In this document: piece by piece, positions 7,776 to 17,329 of the stretch
How positions within the stretch are numbered: position 1 is the stretch's first letter
Layout: each line of letters starts with the position of its first letter
Assembly: GCA_945834475.1 (NCBI GenBank)
Contig: CAMAHK010000005.1
Coordinates: 1-58,510, forward strand
Direction of reading: 5' to 3'
DNA from: an uncultured Verrucomicrobiota bacterium
GTDB taxonomy: Bacteria; Verrucomicrobiota; Kiritimatiellia; RFP12; UBA1067
Length of the DNA stretch: 58,510 bases
Position numbers and translations under genes: made by a program
The notes under the pieces: model-generated
Database searches by the model: none
What the model was told of the DNA's origin: nothing
The model's input: the letters and a program-made list of their open reading frames with translations, nothing else

Positions 7776-8678
7776 ATGACGATCCAGGAAGAAATTCGCG
7801 CACTCGCAGCCGCCAAGAAGGCCGTTATCCTCGCCCACAACTACACGCGGGGCGAAGTCCAAGACGTCGCCGACTACACAGGCGACTCCCTCGAACTTGC
7901 CCGCAAGGCGGCTTCTGTCGAGGCAGAGACAATTGTTTTCTGCGGCGTCTACTTCATGGCCGAGACGGCGGCAATCCTGAATCCCGACAAGACCGTCCTC
8001 ATTCCCGACGCCTCCGCCGGCTGTCCAATGGCCGATATGATCACGGGCGCACAGGTCCGCGAGCTGAAGGCGAAGTACCCGGGCGCAAAAGCGGTCTGCT
8101 ACGTCAATTCGACCGCCGAGGTCAAGGCCGAGTGCGACATGTGCGTGACGAGCGGCAACGCCGAGCGCGTGATGAAGACGTTCGCCCCTGACGAGAAGAT
8201 CCTCTTCGTCCCCGACCAGCATCTCGGGGGACACATCGCCGGCCTTCTCGGCCGTGACTACACGCTCTGGCCGGGCTACTGTCCGACCCACCAGATGATC
8301 ACCCCGACGGCCATCGCCGAGGCCCGCGCCGCCCATCCGGGCGCGCCGGTTCTCGTCCATCCCGAATGCGCCAAGCCCGTCCGCGACGCGGCCGACCACG
8401 CGCTCTCGACGGGCGGCATGTGCGCCTTCGCCCGCGAGACGACGACAAAGGAAATTCTCGTCGGCACGGAAGTCGGCATCCTCCACCGTCTCCGCAAGGA
8501 GAATCCCGAGAAGACCTTCTACCCGATCGTCGAGCGCATGGTCTGTCCGAACATGAAGAAGACGACGCTCGAGAATCTCCGCGACTGCCTCAAGAATGGC
8601 GAAACGATCGTGACGGTTCCCGAAGAGATCGCAACCCGCGCCAAGCGCGCCGTCGAAGCGATGCTCGCGATCGCGTAG
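7776..8678 (+). CDS. nadA: Quinolinate synthase
   Basis: ILAHNY, GDSLELA, FCGVYFMAETA, AGCPMAD, YVNSTAEVKA, VHPEC, CPNMK. Confidence 0.96.
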   Translation: MTIQEEIRALAAAKKAVILAHNYTRGEVQDVADYTGDSLELARKAASVEAETIVFCGVYFMAETAAILNPDKTVLIPDASAGCPMADMITGAQVRELKAKYPGAKAVCYVNSTAEVKAECDMCVTSGNAERVMKTFAPDEKILFVPDQHLGGHIAGLLGRDYTLWPGYCPTHQMITPTAIAEARAAHPGAPVLVHPECAKPVRDAADHALSTGGMCAFARETTTKEILVGTEVGILHRLRKENPEKTFYPIVERMVCPNMKKTTLENLRDCLKNGETIVTVPEEIATRAKRAVEAMLAIA

Positions 8679-8843
8679 CACCGACTCCCCACCCCACACC
8701 CCTCACAACTCCGAATACCGTCCCCGCAACCGCAAAGGAGACGCGACATTCCCCTGGTCCGGTACAGCACACAGCGGTCTCGTGCGACGACGGAGTCGTG
8801 GCGGTTTCAGACGGCAACCTCGTCAACGCCTGAACAAGATCGT

Positions 8844-10256
8844 TCACCCGATGGAGCAAGGACCGTTCTCGCAGCCGCCCGGACAGGCCATGACCTCGAG
8901 GAAGTTCGTCGGGATCTTGCCCGACAGGTACATCTTGATCATCGCGATCTGCTTCTTGTCGATGCCGTTGATCTGCTTCGAGTTGAGCTTGAAGTCGGGG
9001 ATCTTCGAGAGCGCTTCCTTGATGACCGCCTCTGTGACGCCGCAGCTCTTCGAGTAGTTGCGGGCCGTCGCCTCGGCGGGACGCTCGACCGGATACGCCT
9101 CGCAGGTCATCACGTCGATGTTCCGCGCGGCGAGGATCGCCCCGAGCTCCTCGAACGAGAGCACGAAGTCGACGTCCTTCCGGCGCGCCTCGGACCGCTT
9201 CGCGACACACGGGCCGATGAAGACCGTCTTGAGCGTCGGGTTCTTCTCCTTCATCATCTCGCGCGAATAGACCATCGGGCTCGGCGTGAGCGAGACCTTG
9301 TCGATGAAATCGGGGAGGTGCTTCGCGACAAGGTTGACCCACGCGGGACAGCAGCTCGTCGTCATAAGCGTCTTCGGATCCCTCTCGTAGCGCTCGACGA
9401 ACTCCGCCGTCTCGTGACGCGTCGTCTTCTCGGCGCCGAGCGCGACTTCCATCACCTCCGCGAAACCCGCCTTCTTGCAGGCCGTCAGGAGCTGTTCGAT
9501 CTTACCGGGGAACGACTTCGTCGCCGCTGGGGCAACCATCGCGACGAGCTTCTCACCCTTCTTCATCGCGAGCAGGATCTGCATGAGCTGCGAACGCTCC
9601 ATCACCGCGCCGAACGGACACGCGTTGAAGCACTTGCCGCAGAAGATGCATTTCGCGAAATCGATCTGCGCGACACCGAACTCGTTCTTCTTGATCGCGC
9701 CGACGGGACACGCGTCCTCGCACGGCACACTCGTCTTCACAATCGCGTGGTACGGACACGCCGTCACGCACTTGCCGCACTTGATGCAGAGCGACTGGTC
9801 GATCACGCTCCGTCCGCCGACGATCGAGACCGCCTTCTTCGGACAGTTGTACATGCACGGACGCGCAAAGCAGCCACGGCAGTTCTCGGTTGTCACGACC
9901 TTCGCGTCAGGACAGCCCGAACACGCCGGTCCGCACACGGAAAGCGGCGACATGCGGTGGTCGAGCTTCGCATACGGATCCTTGCCCTGCTCGACATCGG
10001 CGATGATGTCATCGAGATAACTTGCGAGCATCTTTGCCTCGTCCGACTCGTCTTCGGTCGAATACCCGAGAAGCGCCATCAGGCGGTACTTGATGACCGC
10101 ACGGTCGTGATAGACGCAGCAACGCGAGCTCGGCTCGTTTTTCGGACGCATCTTGACGGCGATCTGGTCGATCTCCTCACGCAGCTTCCCCGCGTCGAAC
10201 GCACGGACAAGACGGATCGCCAACTCACGGCGAATGTATTGAGCAGCCTGATTCAT
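8844..10256 (-). CDS. Monomeric [FeFe]-hydrogenase with multiple ferredoxin-type 4Fe-4S motifs (group B-like)
   Basis: H-cluster motifs TSCCPAW, GPCVAKRSE, EVMACPGGCENG; several CxxCxxCxxxCP motifs. Confidence 0.9.
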   Translation of the reverse strand: MNQAAQYIRRELAIRLVRAFDAGKLREEIDQIAVKMRPKNEPSSRCCVYHDRAVIKYRLMALLGYSTEDESDEAKMLASYLDDIIADVEQGKDPYAKLDHRMSPLSVCGPACSGCPDAKVVTTENCRGCFARPCMYNCPKKAVSIVGGRSVIDQSLCIKCGKCVTACPYHAIVKTSVPCEDACPVGAIKKNEFGVAQIDFAKCIFCGKCFNACPFGAVMERSQLMQILLAMKKGEKLVAMVAPAATKSFPGKIEQLLTACKKAGFAEVMEVALGAEKTTRHETAEFVERYERDPKTLMTTSCCPAWVNLVAKHLPDFIDKVSLTPSPMVYSREMMKEKNPTLKTVFIGPCVAKRSEARRKDVDFVLSFEELGAILAARNIDVMTCEAYPVERPAEATARNYSKSCGVTEAVIKEALSKIPDFKLNSKQINGIDKKQIAMIKMYLSGKIPTNFLEVMACPGGCENGPCSIG

Positions 10257-10522
10257 CAGATTTCCTCCATTCCAAGAATTTCACGGATGCGGGCGACCAC
10301 CTTGTCCGGCGTCGCGCCCGCCATCGGTTCGGTTCCGTTGAAACGCACGTACGGAGCCCCGCCAAGCTTGTCATCATTGCACAGCCCCAGGCAGCCCTTC
10401 GCCTCAAACTCAACCTTGTCCTTCAGCTTCTCCGGAAGCCGTTCCTCAAGCCGCATCAGCTGCACGGCACCCAGCAGGTAGCACGCCGTGCCGCAACAAA
10501 TCTCAACCTTGACTTTCTCCAT
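10256..10522 (-). CDS. Thioredoxin-like [2Fe-2S] ferredoxin (NuoE-like domain)
   Basis: ICCGTACYLLGA ... GCLGLC ... APYV; TGATG coupling to the hydrogenase; start re-called at MEKVKVE. Confidence 0.82.
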   Translation of the reverse strand: MEKVKVEICCGTACYLLGAVQLMRLEERLPEKLKDKVEFEAKGCLGLCNDDKLGGAPYVRFNGTEPMAGATPDKVVARIREILGMEEI

Positions 10523-10595
10523 CTTCACTCCCTTGAAACAAGTATTGATACATATTTTACCAAAACCCACCGCGCAAAGCGAATGCCGAAAGCTG

Positions 10596-11375
10596 TCATT
10601 CGCGGACGCGGAAGGTCTCGATCGCCGACGCCTTCCGCGTAACCGGATCAAAATCGACAATCGCCCCTTCCAGCGTACAAGGTCCGTCGGCGACCTCAAA
10701 ACGCGCGGGAAGGCCCGTCACGAACTTCTTGGTGACCGGCTTGAGATCACGGCCGATCGAGGAGATGTACGGCCCCGTCATGCCGAGGTCGGTGAGATAG
10801 GCCGTCCCCTTCGGCAGCAGCATCGCGTCGGAGGTCTGCACGTGCGTATGCGTCCCCACGACGGCGGTCACGCGGCCGTCCAGATAATGGCCGAGCGTGA
10901 TCTTCTCGCTCGTCGCCTCGGCATGGAAATCTACGAAGACCGGAACGTCCTTCGGCATCTCGTTCAGTGCGCGATCGGCGGCCTTGAAGGGACAGTCCAC
11001 CGGATTCATGAAGACGCGCCCGTGCAGGTTGAGAATCGCAAAGCGGCAGGTCGGGAGCGTCACCAGACACCAGCCCTTGCCCGGACATTCGGACGGAAAA
11101 TTCGAAGGCCGCACCAAATTCGCAATCGCCCCGATCTGTCCCGGGAACTCCTTCTGCGCCCACGTGTGGTCCCCGAGCGTAATCGCATCCGCGCCCGCCT
11201 CGAAGATCTCCTTCGCGAGTGCCGCCGTAATACCCGAACCGGCCGCGCAGTTCTCGGCATTGACGACGACCGCCGCCAACCCCAGTTCCGCGCGCACACG
11301 CTTCAGATGTTTCTGAAGCATCCGCCGTCCGGGCCCCCCGACCACATCGCCAAGAAACAATATCCTCAACCTCAA
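10596..11375 (-). CDS. ymdB: YmdB/TIGR00282 family metallophosphoesterase
   Basis: ILFLGDVVGGPG, NAENCAAGSG, TLGDH, VDFHAEATSEK, GTHTHVQT, TDLGMTG; TTG start lies inside a repeat. Confidence 0.9.
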   Translation of the reverse strand: MRLRILFLGDVVGGPGRRMLQKHLKRVRAELGLAAVVVNAENCAAGSGITAALAKEIFEAGADAITLGDHTWAQKEFPGQIGAIANLVRPSNFPSECPGKGWCLVTLPTCRFAILNLHGRVFMNPVDCPFKAADRALNEMPKDVPVFVDFHAEATSEKITLGHYLDGRVTAVVGTHTHVQTSDAMLLPKGTAYLTDLGMTGPYISSIGRDLKPVTKKFVTGLPARFEVADGPCTLEGAIVDFDPVTRKASAIETFRVRE

Positions 11376-11393
11376 CCTCCAACCTCAACCTAC
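11364..11393 (+). repeat. Dispersed CAACCT-type repeat spanning the sel1 stop / ymdB start
   Basis: CAACCTCAACCTCCAACCTCAACCT (11367-11391), identical inverted copy at 41009-41033. Confidence 0.75.
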
Positions 11394-12103
11394 TTCTTCA
11401 GCCACTCCTGCGCGGCCTTGTCGCCCCTCACGGCCTTGGCCTTCATCCGCCAGAGGAGCGCCAGTTCGGGATTCCTCTCGACGCCATGTCCGTTCTCGAA
11501 ATTCGCCGAAACATAGTCCATGCCCTCGGGATGTCCCGCCTCGGCAGCCGCACGGAAGCACTGATGCGCCAGTGCAAAATCGGGCTCGCAGCCGAACCCG
11601 CGCAAATAACACGTCCCCAGGTTGATGTAACCGTTCGGATCACGCTGCGCCGCCGCACGCCGAAAGCAATTGAACCCTTGGGCAAGGGCCTTCTCCAGAC
11701 GATTCGTGTCGATCTTATGGTCAAAGGACGTCTGGATCAGAATCGACCCGAGCGCATTGAGCGCCTGAATGTTCCCGCCGTCCGCCGCCCGCTTGAGCAT
11801 CCGAAAGTCGTTCTTCTCCATCGAAAGCAAATACCACGCCAGCGGATTGTCGCGGTCTTCCGCGAGACGCCGGATCTTGTCGCGCGAAGCATCCGCATAC
11901 GCCTTGGCGGCCTTCGGATCCTTCGTCGTCACGCCAACAACGAACTGCTGGAGGGGCTTGCCCTCCTTCGCTTCCTTCAGGACGAGCTGCTGTGCTTCGG
12001 CGAACCGCGTCGGACTCGTCGCCGCCGCCGAATTGAGGAGCACGGCGATCGCGTCCGACGAGGACAGCGCGGCAACCAGCAGAAACGGCGTGAAGATGCT
12101 CAT
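11390..12103 (-). CDS. Sel1-repeat (TPR-like) protein, secreted
   Basis: NLGTCYLRGFGC..D..LA..CFRAAAEAGH, NGHGVERN..LA..W..KA..RG..A; signal-like N-terminus. Confidence 0.8.
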   Translation of the reverse strand: MSIFTPFLLVAALSSSDAIAVLLNSAAATSPTRFAEAQQLVLKEAKEGKPLQQFVVGVTTKDPKAAKAYADASRDKIRRLAEDRDNPLAWYLLSMEKNDFRMLKRAADGGNIQALNALGSILIQTSFDHKIDTNRLEKALAQGFNCFRRAAAQRDPNGYINLGTCYLRGFGCEPDFALAHQCFRAAAEAGHPEGMDYVSANFENGHGVERNPELALLWRMKAKAVRGDKAAQEWLKK

Positions 12104-12558
12104 GACCGGCTCCTGAATCCGAAGGGCAACGTGCCGTCATGCGCGAGGCCCTTGTAGGTCTTCCACGTCTTCTTGCGCGCCGAGATCGTCAGCATCCGTC
12201 CGCTGACCCCGAACCGCCACCAGGCGGGACGCTCCACGTCGACGATGTCAAACCCGTCGCGGATGAGCGAATAGACGTCAGGCACCGAGAGTCCCGCCTG
12301 ACGGCGCGTCTTCTCGGGCACGATGAAAAAGAGATGTCCGCTCGGCTTGAGGACGCGATGCGCCTCGCGGATCGAGGCCCGTGACACGGCCGCGCCGTCC
12401 ATCAACACGACTTCGAACTGCGCGTCCTCGTACGGAAACTCCGCCATCAGCGGAATCGCCCGATTCGCCTTGCCGCGATAGGCGGCAAAGCGCTCGGGGA
12501 GTATCGCGTTCGGGAAACCGACCTCGAGACTCGTTCTTACTTCGTCAAGACGAGGCAC
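12100..12558 (-). CDS. Short class I SAM-methyltransferase-like protein (start uncertain)
   Basis: FPYEDAQFEVV and EAHRVLKPSGHLFF motifs; GxGxG motif degenerate; ATGA overlap with the next gene. Confidence 0.55.
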   Translation of the reverse strand: MPRLDEVRTSLEVGFPNAILPERFAAYRGKANRAIPLMAEFPYEDAQFEVVLMDGAAVSRASIREAHRVLKPSGHLFFIVPEKTRRQAGLSVPDVYSLIRDGFDIVDVERPAWWRFGVSGRMLTISARKKTWKTYKGLAHDGTLPFGFRSRS

Positions 12559-13778
12559 AGGTCCGTTTCCTCTCGCGTTTCCATGTTCTTGAGGCGCGCC
12601 ACGCCCTTCTCGACATCGTCCGGACCGAGAAACACGGCCTTTGCCGCGCCGCAGAGATCCGCATGCGAGAAGAACTTCTTCGGCTTCTGCGCCTTGAGCG
12701 ACAGGTTCACGCATTCACCTTCGGCACGCAACTTCGCCGCGAGCGCCACCGCCGCGTCACGCTGCTCGGGGAACATGAAGCCGATCGCGACGCCGCTCTT
12801 CGTCTTCGCGGCATCCGCGCCGAGGCGGGACTTGAGAAGCTCCGTGACGACAACATCGCCGAAGCCGAGTCCAACCGCGCTCGTCGGCTCGCCGCCGATC
12901 GTCGTCAGCAGGTTATCATAGCGGCCGCCACCGAAGATCGCGCGGAACTCGCCCGCCGTGTCGAAGCACTCGAAGACGACACCTGTGTAGTAGCTGAGGC
13001 CGCGGATGACGCCGATGTCAAACATCAGCGCGTCCGCGAAGCCCGCAACTTCTGCGAGATGGAAGAGCTCAACGAGCTCGGGACACTTCTCATAGCTCTT
13101 CGTGTCCATAATCGCGAAGGTCGCCGTCACTTCCGCGTCGGAAAGCCCGCCATCCTTCAGCATCGCCGCGATCTCGCTGTCGGGCATCTTGCCGCGCTTG
13201 TCGAGCGCGAGGAAGACCTGCGCATGCTTCTCGGCGGCGATGCCGCTTTCTTGCAGGAGCTGTCCGAGGAACTTGCGCGAGGAGACGTGCACCTTGAAGT
13301 CCGCCGTCGTGAGGCCCATCCTCTTGAGGGCGTCGACCGCCGCGCCGATGACCTCGGCTTCCGCCAGCACGGCCTCTTCACCGATGATGTCCATGTTCCA
13401 CTGGTAGTGCTCGCGCTTGCGGCCCTTCGTCATGCGCTCGTAGCGGAAGCACTGCGCGATCGTCGTCCACTTGAGCGGAAACGCGAGCTCCTTCTGGCGC
13501 TGCGCGACCATGCGCGCGAGGGTCGGCGTCATCTCGGCGCGGAGCGCGAGGTGGCGGTCGCTCTTGTCATTGAAGTGGTAGATCTGCTCGCCGACCTCTT
13601 CGCCCGCCTTGCGTGCGAGGAGCTCGTAGCTCTCGACGACGCAGGCATCATAGGGAACGAAACCAGCCGCCTGTCCCGCCGCACGGAACGCATCGAAGAC
13701 GCGATTGCGCCAGACCATGTCCTCTGGATAAAAGTCGCGCATGCCGCGCGGCGCCTCAAAACTCAATTTCTCTGCCAT
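12537..13778 (-). CDS. hisS: Histidine--tRNA ligase
   Basis: PRGMRDF, LALRAEMTP, FRYER..KGRKREHYQ, RGLSYYTG, GGGRYD. Confidence 0.96.
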   Translation of the reverse strand: MAEKLSFEAPRGMRDFYPEDMVWRNRVFDAFRAAGQAAGFVPYDACVVESYELLARKAGEEVGEQIYHFNDKSDRHLALRAEMTPTLARMVAQRQKELAFPLKWTTIAQCFRYERMTKGRKREHYQWNMDIIGEEAVLAEAEVIGAAVDALKRMGLTTADFKVHVSSRKFLGQLLQESGIAAEKHAQVFLALDKRGKMPDSEIAAMLKDGGLSDAEVTATFAIMDTKSYEKCPELVELFHLAEVAGFADALMFDIGVIRGLSYYTGVVFECFDTAGEFRAIFGGGRYDNLLTTIGGEPTSAVGLGFGDVVVTELLKSRLGADAAKTKSGVAIGFMFPEQRDAAVALAAKLRAEGECVNLSLKAQKPKKFFSHADLCGAAKAVFLGPDDVEKGVARLKNMETREETDLCLVLTK

Positions 13779-13861
13779 ACCAATCCTTGTTACTGAACAA
13801 TCCTCGCGGACGCCGGAATCACGTTGTTGCGCACCAGCACGTCCAGCGCATTGTTGCCGAT

Positions 13862-13870
13862 ATTATATCA
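13862..13870 (-). promoter_or_regulatory. Extended -10 promoter for the hisS operon
   Basis: TGATATAAT. Confidence 0.55.
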
Positions 13871-13900
13871 AATTCATCTTCAGACGAAAACAGGCCACCG

Positions 13901-13950
13901 GCAAACAGCAAACAAGCCGCGGGGAAATCCGCGGCTCGTTTGCTGTTTGC
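13901..13950 (-). terminator. Terminator hairpin after fucO
   Basis: GCAAACAGCAAACAAGCCGCGG-ggaaat-CCGCGGCTCGTTTGCTGTTTGC long inverted repeat. Confidence 0.75.
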
Positions 13951-13965
13951 GCTCCGTCAGTCGGC

Positions 13966-15114
13966 TTACATGAGCCCCTTGTAGAGCTTCTCAATGTCCT
14001 TCACCGTCACCTCGCGCGGATTGCCCGGACGGCACGCATCGGCGTAGGCGGACTCGGCAAGGAACTTCACGTCCTCGGCCTTGAGGACGCCCTTGAGGTC
14101 CGCCGGGATGCCGACATCTTTCGAAAGCTTCTCGACCGCGGCAATCGCAGCCTTGCGCGCCTCGGCGACAGACATCTTGTCGGCGCCCTTCACGCCCATC
14201 GCGATCGCGATCTTCTTGTACTTGTCGCCCGTCTTCGCCGCGTTGAACTTCATCGCGGTCGGCAGGAGAATCGCACACGCCTTGCCGTGCGGCATATCGT
14301 AAAGCGCCGAAAGGCCGTGCGCCATCGAGTGGTCGATGCCGAGGCCGACGTTGGAGAAGCCCATGCCCGCGATGTACTGGCCAAGCGCCATACCTGCGCG
14401 GCCTTCCGGCTTGTTCGCGACAGCGTCACGGAGCGACGCGGAGATGAGGCGGATCGCCTCGAGGTGCATCATGTCGGTCATCGGGCACGCGGCCTTCGTG
14501 ATGAGACCCTCAATCGCGTGCGTGAGCGCGTCCATGCCTGTAAAGGCCGTCAGACCCTTCGGCATCGAGCTCATCATGTCGGGATCGACGAACGCGCAGA
14601 CCGGGATGTCGTGCGGATCGACGCAGACGAACTTGCGCTTCTTCTCGACGTCGGTGATGACATAGTTGATCGTCACCTCGGCGGCCGTGCCGGCCGTCGT
14701 CGGGACGGCGAGAATCGGCTTCGACGGCTTCGTCGTCGGCGAGAGGCCCTCGAGCGAACGGACGTCCGCAAACTTCGGGTTGTTGAGGATGATGCCGACG
14801 GCCTTCGCCGTGTCCATCGAGGAGCCGCCGCCGATCGCGATGATCGAGTCGGCCTTCGCCTTCTTCGCGGCCTTGACGCCCGCCTTCACGTTCTCAATCG
14901 TCGGATTCGGCTTGATCTCGGAGAAGACCGTGTACTTGACCTTCGCCTTGTCGAGGATATCCGTCACCTTCTTCGTCACGTTGAACTTGATGAGGTCCGG
15001 ATCGGAAAAGACAATCGGATTCCTCAGCCCGCGCGCCGCGAGCTCGGGAATGATCGACGCAATCGCGCCGGCGCCGTGATACGAGGTTTCGTTGAGGATG
15101 ATGCGGTTGACCAT
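13966..15114 (-). CDS. fucO: Lactaldehyde reductase (Fe-containing alcohol dehydrogenase)
   Basis: MVNRIILNETSYHGAGAI, GGGSSMDTAK, PTTAGTAAEVT, GMDALTHAIEG, MALGQYIAGMGFSNVGLG. Confidence 0.93.
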   Translation of the reverse strand: MVNRIILNETSYHGAGAIASIIPELAARGLRNPIVFSDPDLIKFNVTKKVTDILDKAKVKYTVFSEIKPNPTIENVKAGVKAAKKAKADSIIAIGGGSSMDTAKAVGIILNNPKFADVRSLEGLSPTTKPSKPILAVPTTAGTAAEVTINYVITDVEKKRKFVCVDPHDIPVCAFVDPDMMSSMPKGLTAFTGMDALTHAIEGLITKAACPMTDMMHLEAIRLISASLRDAVANKPEGRAGMALGQYIAGMGFSNVGLGIDHSMAHGLSALYDMPHGKACAILLPTAMKFNAAKTGDKYKKIAIAMGVKGADKMSVAEARKAAIAAVEKLSKDVGIPADLKGVLKAEDVKFLAESAYADACRPGNPREVTVKDIEKLYKGLM

Positions 15115-15151
15115 GGGACTCCTTGTGAGTGTCGTTGTTTGATGATGCGGA

Positions 15152-16009
15152 TCAGTAGAAGTTGCCGTAGGAGCGGATCTTCGCGTAACGGGCCTCGACG
15201 AGCTCGTCAGGCGTGAGCTTCTTGAGATCCTTGATCGCCTTCAGGACCGCCTTCTTCACGTTCGCGCACGCGACCTTGTGGTTCTTGTGGGCGCCGCCCG
15301 CCGGCTCGGGGACGATCTCGTCGATCGCGCCGAGCTTGATGAGCTCGTCGGCCGTGATCTTCAGGGCCTCGGCAGCGGCCGGGGCCATCTTGCCGTCACG
15401 CCACAGGATGCCCGCGCAGCCCTCGGGGGAGATGACGGAATAGACCGCGTTCTCCATCATGAGGATCTTGTCGCCGACCGCGATCGCAAGCGCACCGCCC
15501 GAACCGCCTTCGCCCGTGATGACGACGACGACCGGCGTCTTGAGGCCCGAGAAGAACTCGAGCGACTTCGCGATTGCCTCGGCCTGCCCGCGCTCCTCGG
15601 CCTCCTTGCCCGGATACGCGCCGGGGGTGTCGACGAACGTCACGATCGGATTGTGGAAACGCTCCGCGAGCTTCGCCAGGCGCATGGCCTTACGGTAACC
15701 GTCGGGATTCGCCATGCCGAAGTTCGAGGCCATGTTCTCCTCGACCGTCGCGCCCTTGTTGTGGCCGAGAATCAGCACCTTCTCATCGTCGATCATGCCG
15801 AAGCCCGCGACAAGCCCGCGGTCATCGTTGACGAGACGGTCGCCGTGGAGCTCCTCGAAATCGGAGCAGACGTTCGCGATGAAATCGTAGACGTGGGGAC
15901 GCTTCGCGTCACGCGCGATCTGAACCTTGTCCCAGGCCGTCATCGTCTTCTTGGCCGCCGCCTTCTTCGCCGGAGCCGCCTTCTTGGTAACAGTCTTCTT
16001 AGTAGTCAT
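15152..16009 (-). CDS. accA: Acetyl-CoA carboxylase carboxyltransferase alpha subunit
   Basis: ELHGDR, GYRKAMRL, DTPGAYPG..AEERGQ, GEGGSGGALA, YSVISPEGCA. Confidence 0.96.
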   Translation of the reverse strand: MTTKKTVTKKAAPAKKAAAKKTMTAWDKVQIARDAKRPHVYDFIANVCSDFEELHGDRLVNDDRGLVAGFGMIDDEKVLILGHNKGATVEENMASNFGMANPDGYRKAMRLAKLAERFHNPIVTFVDTPGAYPGKEAEERGQAEAIAKSLEFFSGLKTPVVVVITGEGGSGGALAIAVGDKILMMENAVYSVISPEGCAGILWRDGKMAPAAAEALKITADELIKLGAIDEIVPEPAGGAHKNHKVACANVKKAVLKAIKDLKKLTPDELVEARYAKIRSYGNFY

Positions 16010-16031
16010 GTTCCACCTACCTATTCCCTAA

Positions 16032-16862
16032 TCAAAAGCCCCAGAACCCGAGCATCTTCGCGAGAAAGTGCTTCATGTCCTTGCGCTCGACGATCTTGTC
16101 GATGAAGCCGTGCTTCTCGAGATACTCCGCCGTCTGGAAGTCGGCGGGAAGCTTCTGGCGGATCGTGTTCTCGATCACGCGACGGCCCGCGAAACCGATG
16201 AGGGCCTTCGGTTCCGTGACGTTGATGTCGCCGAGCATCGCGAACGACGCGGAGACGCCGCCCGTCGTCGGGTCGGTGCAGACCGCGATGTAGGGAAGGC
16301 CCGCGTCTTTCAGACGGCCGATCGCCGCCGAGGTCTTCGTCATCTGCATGAGCGAGAGGATGCCCTCGTGCATGCGCGCGCCGCCTGAGGCGCAGAAGAT
16401 GATGAGCGGACGCTTCTCCGCTATTGCCTGCTCGCACGCGCGGGCAATGCGCTCGCCCGTGCCCGTGCCGAGGGAGCCACCCATGAACGAGAAGTCCATC
16501 ACACCGAGCATCACCGGATGGCTCTCGATCGTGCAGGTGCCCATCACGACGGACTCGGTCTCGCCGAGTTTCGCGATCGTCGCCTCGACCTTCGGCTTGT
16601 ACGCGCCCGTCGCGTCATGGAAGTTGAGATGGTCGGAGTACGAGACCTCGCGGAAGACTTCCGTGAACGAATCCTTGTCCGCGACCTGTGCAATGCGCTC
16701 ACGCACGGCGAGACGCCCGTGGTAGTTGCACTTCGGACAGATGCAATTGTTGTCTTTCCAGACCTTCTTCTCGAAGTGGCTCTTGCACTTCGGGCAAATC
16801 GCCCACAACGCCTTCGCGGGCGGGATCTGCGGCTTCTCCGTCTTCGCTTCAAACCAGCTCAT
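16032..16862 (-). CDS. accD: Acetyl-CoA carboxylase carboxyltransferase beta subunit
   Basis: Zn-finger CPKC..CPKC, MDFSFMGGSLG, SGGARMHEG, PTTGGVSASFA, IGFAGRRVI. Confidence 0.96.
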   Translation of the reverse strand: MSWFEAKTEKPQIPPAKALWAICPKCKSHFEKKVWKDNNCICPKCNYHGRLAVRERIAQVADKDSFTEVFREVSYSDHLNFHDATGAYKPKVEATIAKLGETESVVMGTCTIESHPVMLGVMDFSFMGGSLGTGTGERIARACEQAIAEKRPLIIFCASGGARMHEGILSLMQMTKTSAAIGRLKDAGLPYIAVCTDPTTGGVSASFAMLGDINVTEPKALIGFAGRRVIENTIRQKLPADFQTAEYLEKHGFIDKIVERKDMKHFLAKMLGFWGF

Positions 16863-16895
16863 CGTAATTTCCTTTCAAAATCGAAAACCTAACAT

Positions 16896-16904
16896 ATTAT
16901 ATCA
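16896..16904 (-). promoter_or_regulatory. Extended -10 promoter for accD-accA-fucO
   Basis: TGATATAAT about 34 nt upstream of accD ATG. Confidence 0.55.
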
Positions 16905-16983
16905 CAAAATCGGCTGGCCTGACGACTCCCCTCAGCTCAATTTCCACGCGGCGGCGAGTAATGCTTGGTTCGGCAGATTCGGA

Positions 16984-17313
16984 TTAGGCCTTGACGATGA
17001 GGGCCATGAAGACGATGTCTTCGGTGCCCTTGACGTTGTCGAGACCGTGGCCCGAGCCGGAGGGCGTCCACGTCGAGTCGCCCGGCTTCACCATGCGCGT
17101 CGTGCCGTTGTCGTTGTACTCGCCCGAACCCGAGAGGATGAAATAACTCTCGCCCTCGCCGTGATGTTCGTGGTATCCGAGCGCCGAGCCAGCCGGGATC
17201 GTCACCTTCGCGTAGAGGCCGCACGTGTCACCGTACTCCGCTTCGTCGAGGATGCGCTCGATCTTGATTTCACCCTTGCCATTGGCACTCGGCAGACAAA
17301 ATACGCTTTTCAT
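16984..17313 (-). CDS. Cupin domain protein
   Basis: GYHEHHGEGESYFILSGSG ... PGD ... GSGHGL; start re-called at MKSVF. Confidence 0.85.
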   Translation of the reverse strand: MKSVFCLPSANGKGEIKIERILDEAEYGDTCGLYAKVTIPAGSALGYHEHHGEGESYFILSGSGEYNDNGTTRMVKPGDSTWTPSGSGHGLDNVKGTEDIVFMALIVKA

Positions 17314-17329
17314 TTCAGTTTTCTTTCGT

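Noticed and set aside
8690-8847. Possible gene remnant after the hydrogenase (MNDLVQALTRLPSET)
   Set aside because: The GTGA overlap is suggestive, but the sequence is too short and degenerate to assign.
13790-13860. hisS leader peptide or T-box
   Set aside because: No His codon run, T-box motif or terminator visible.
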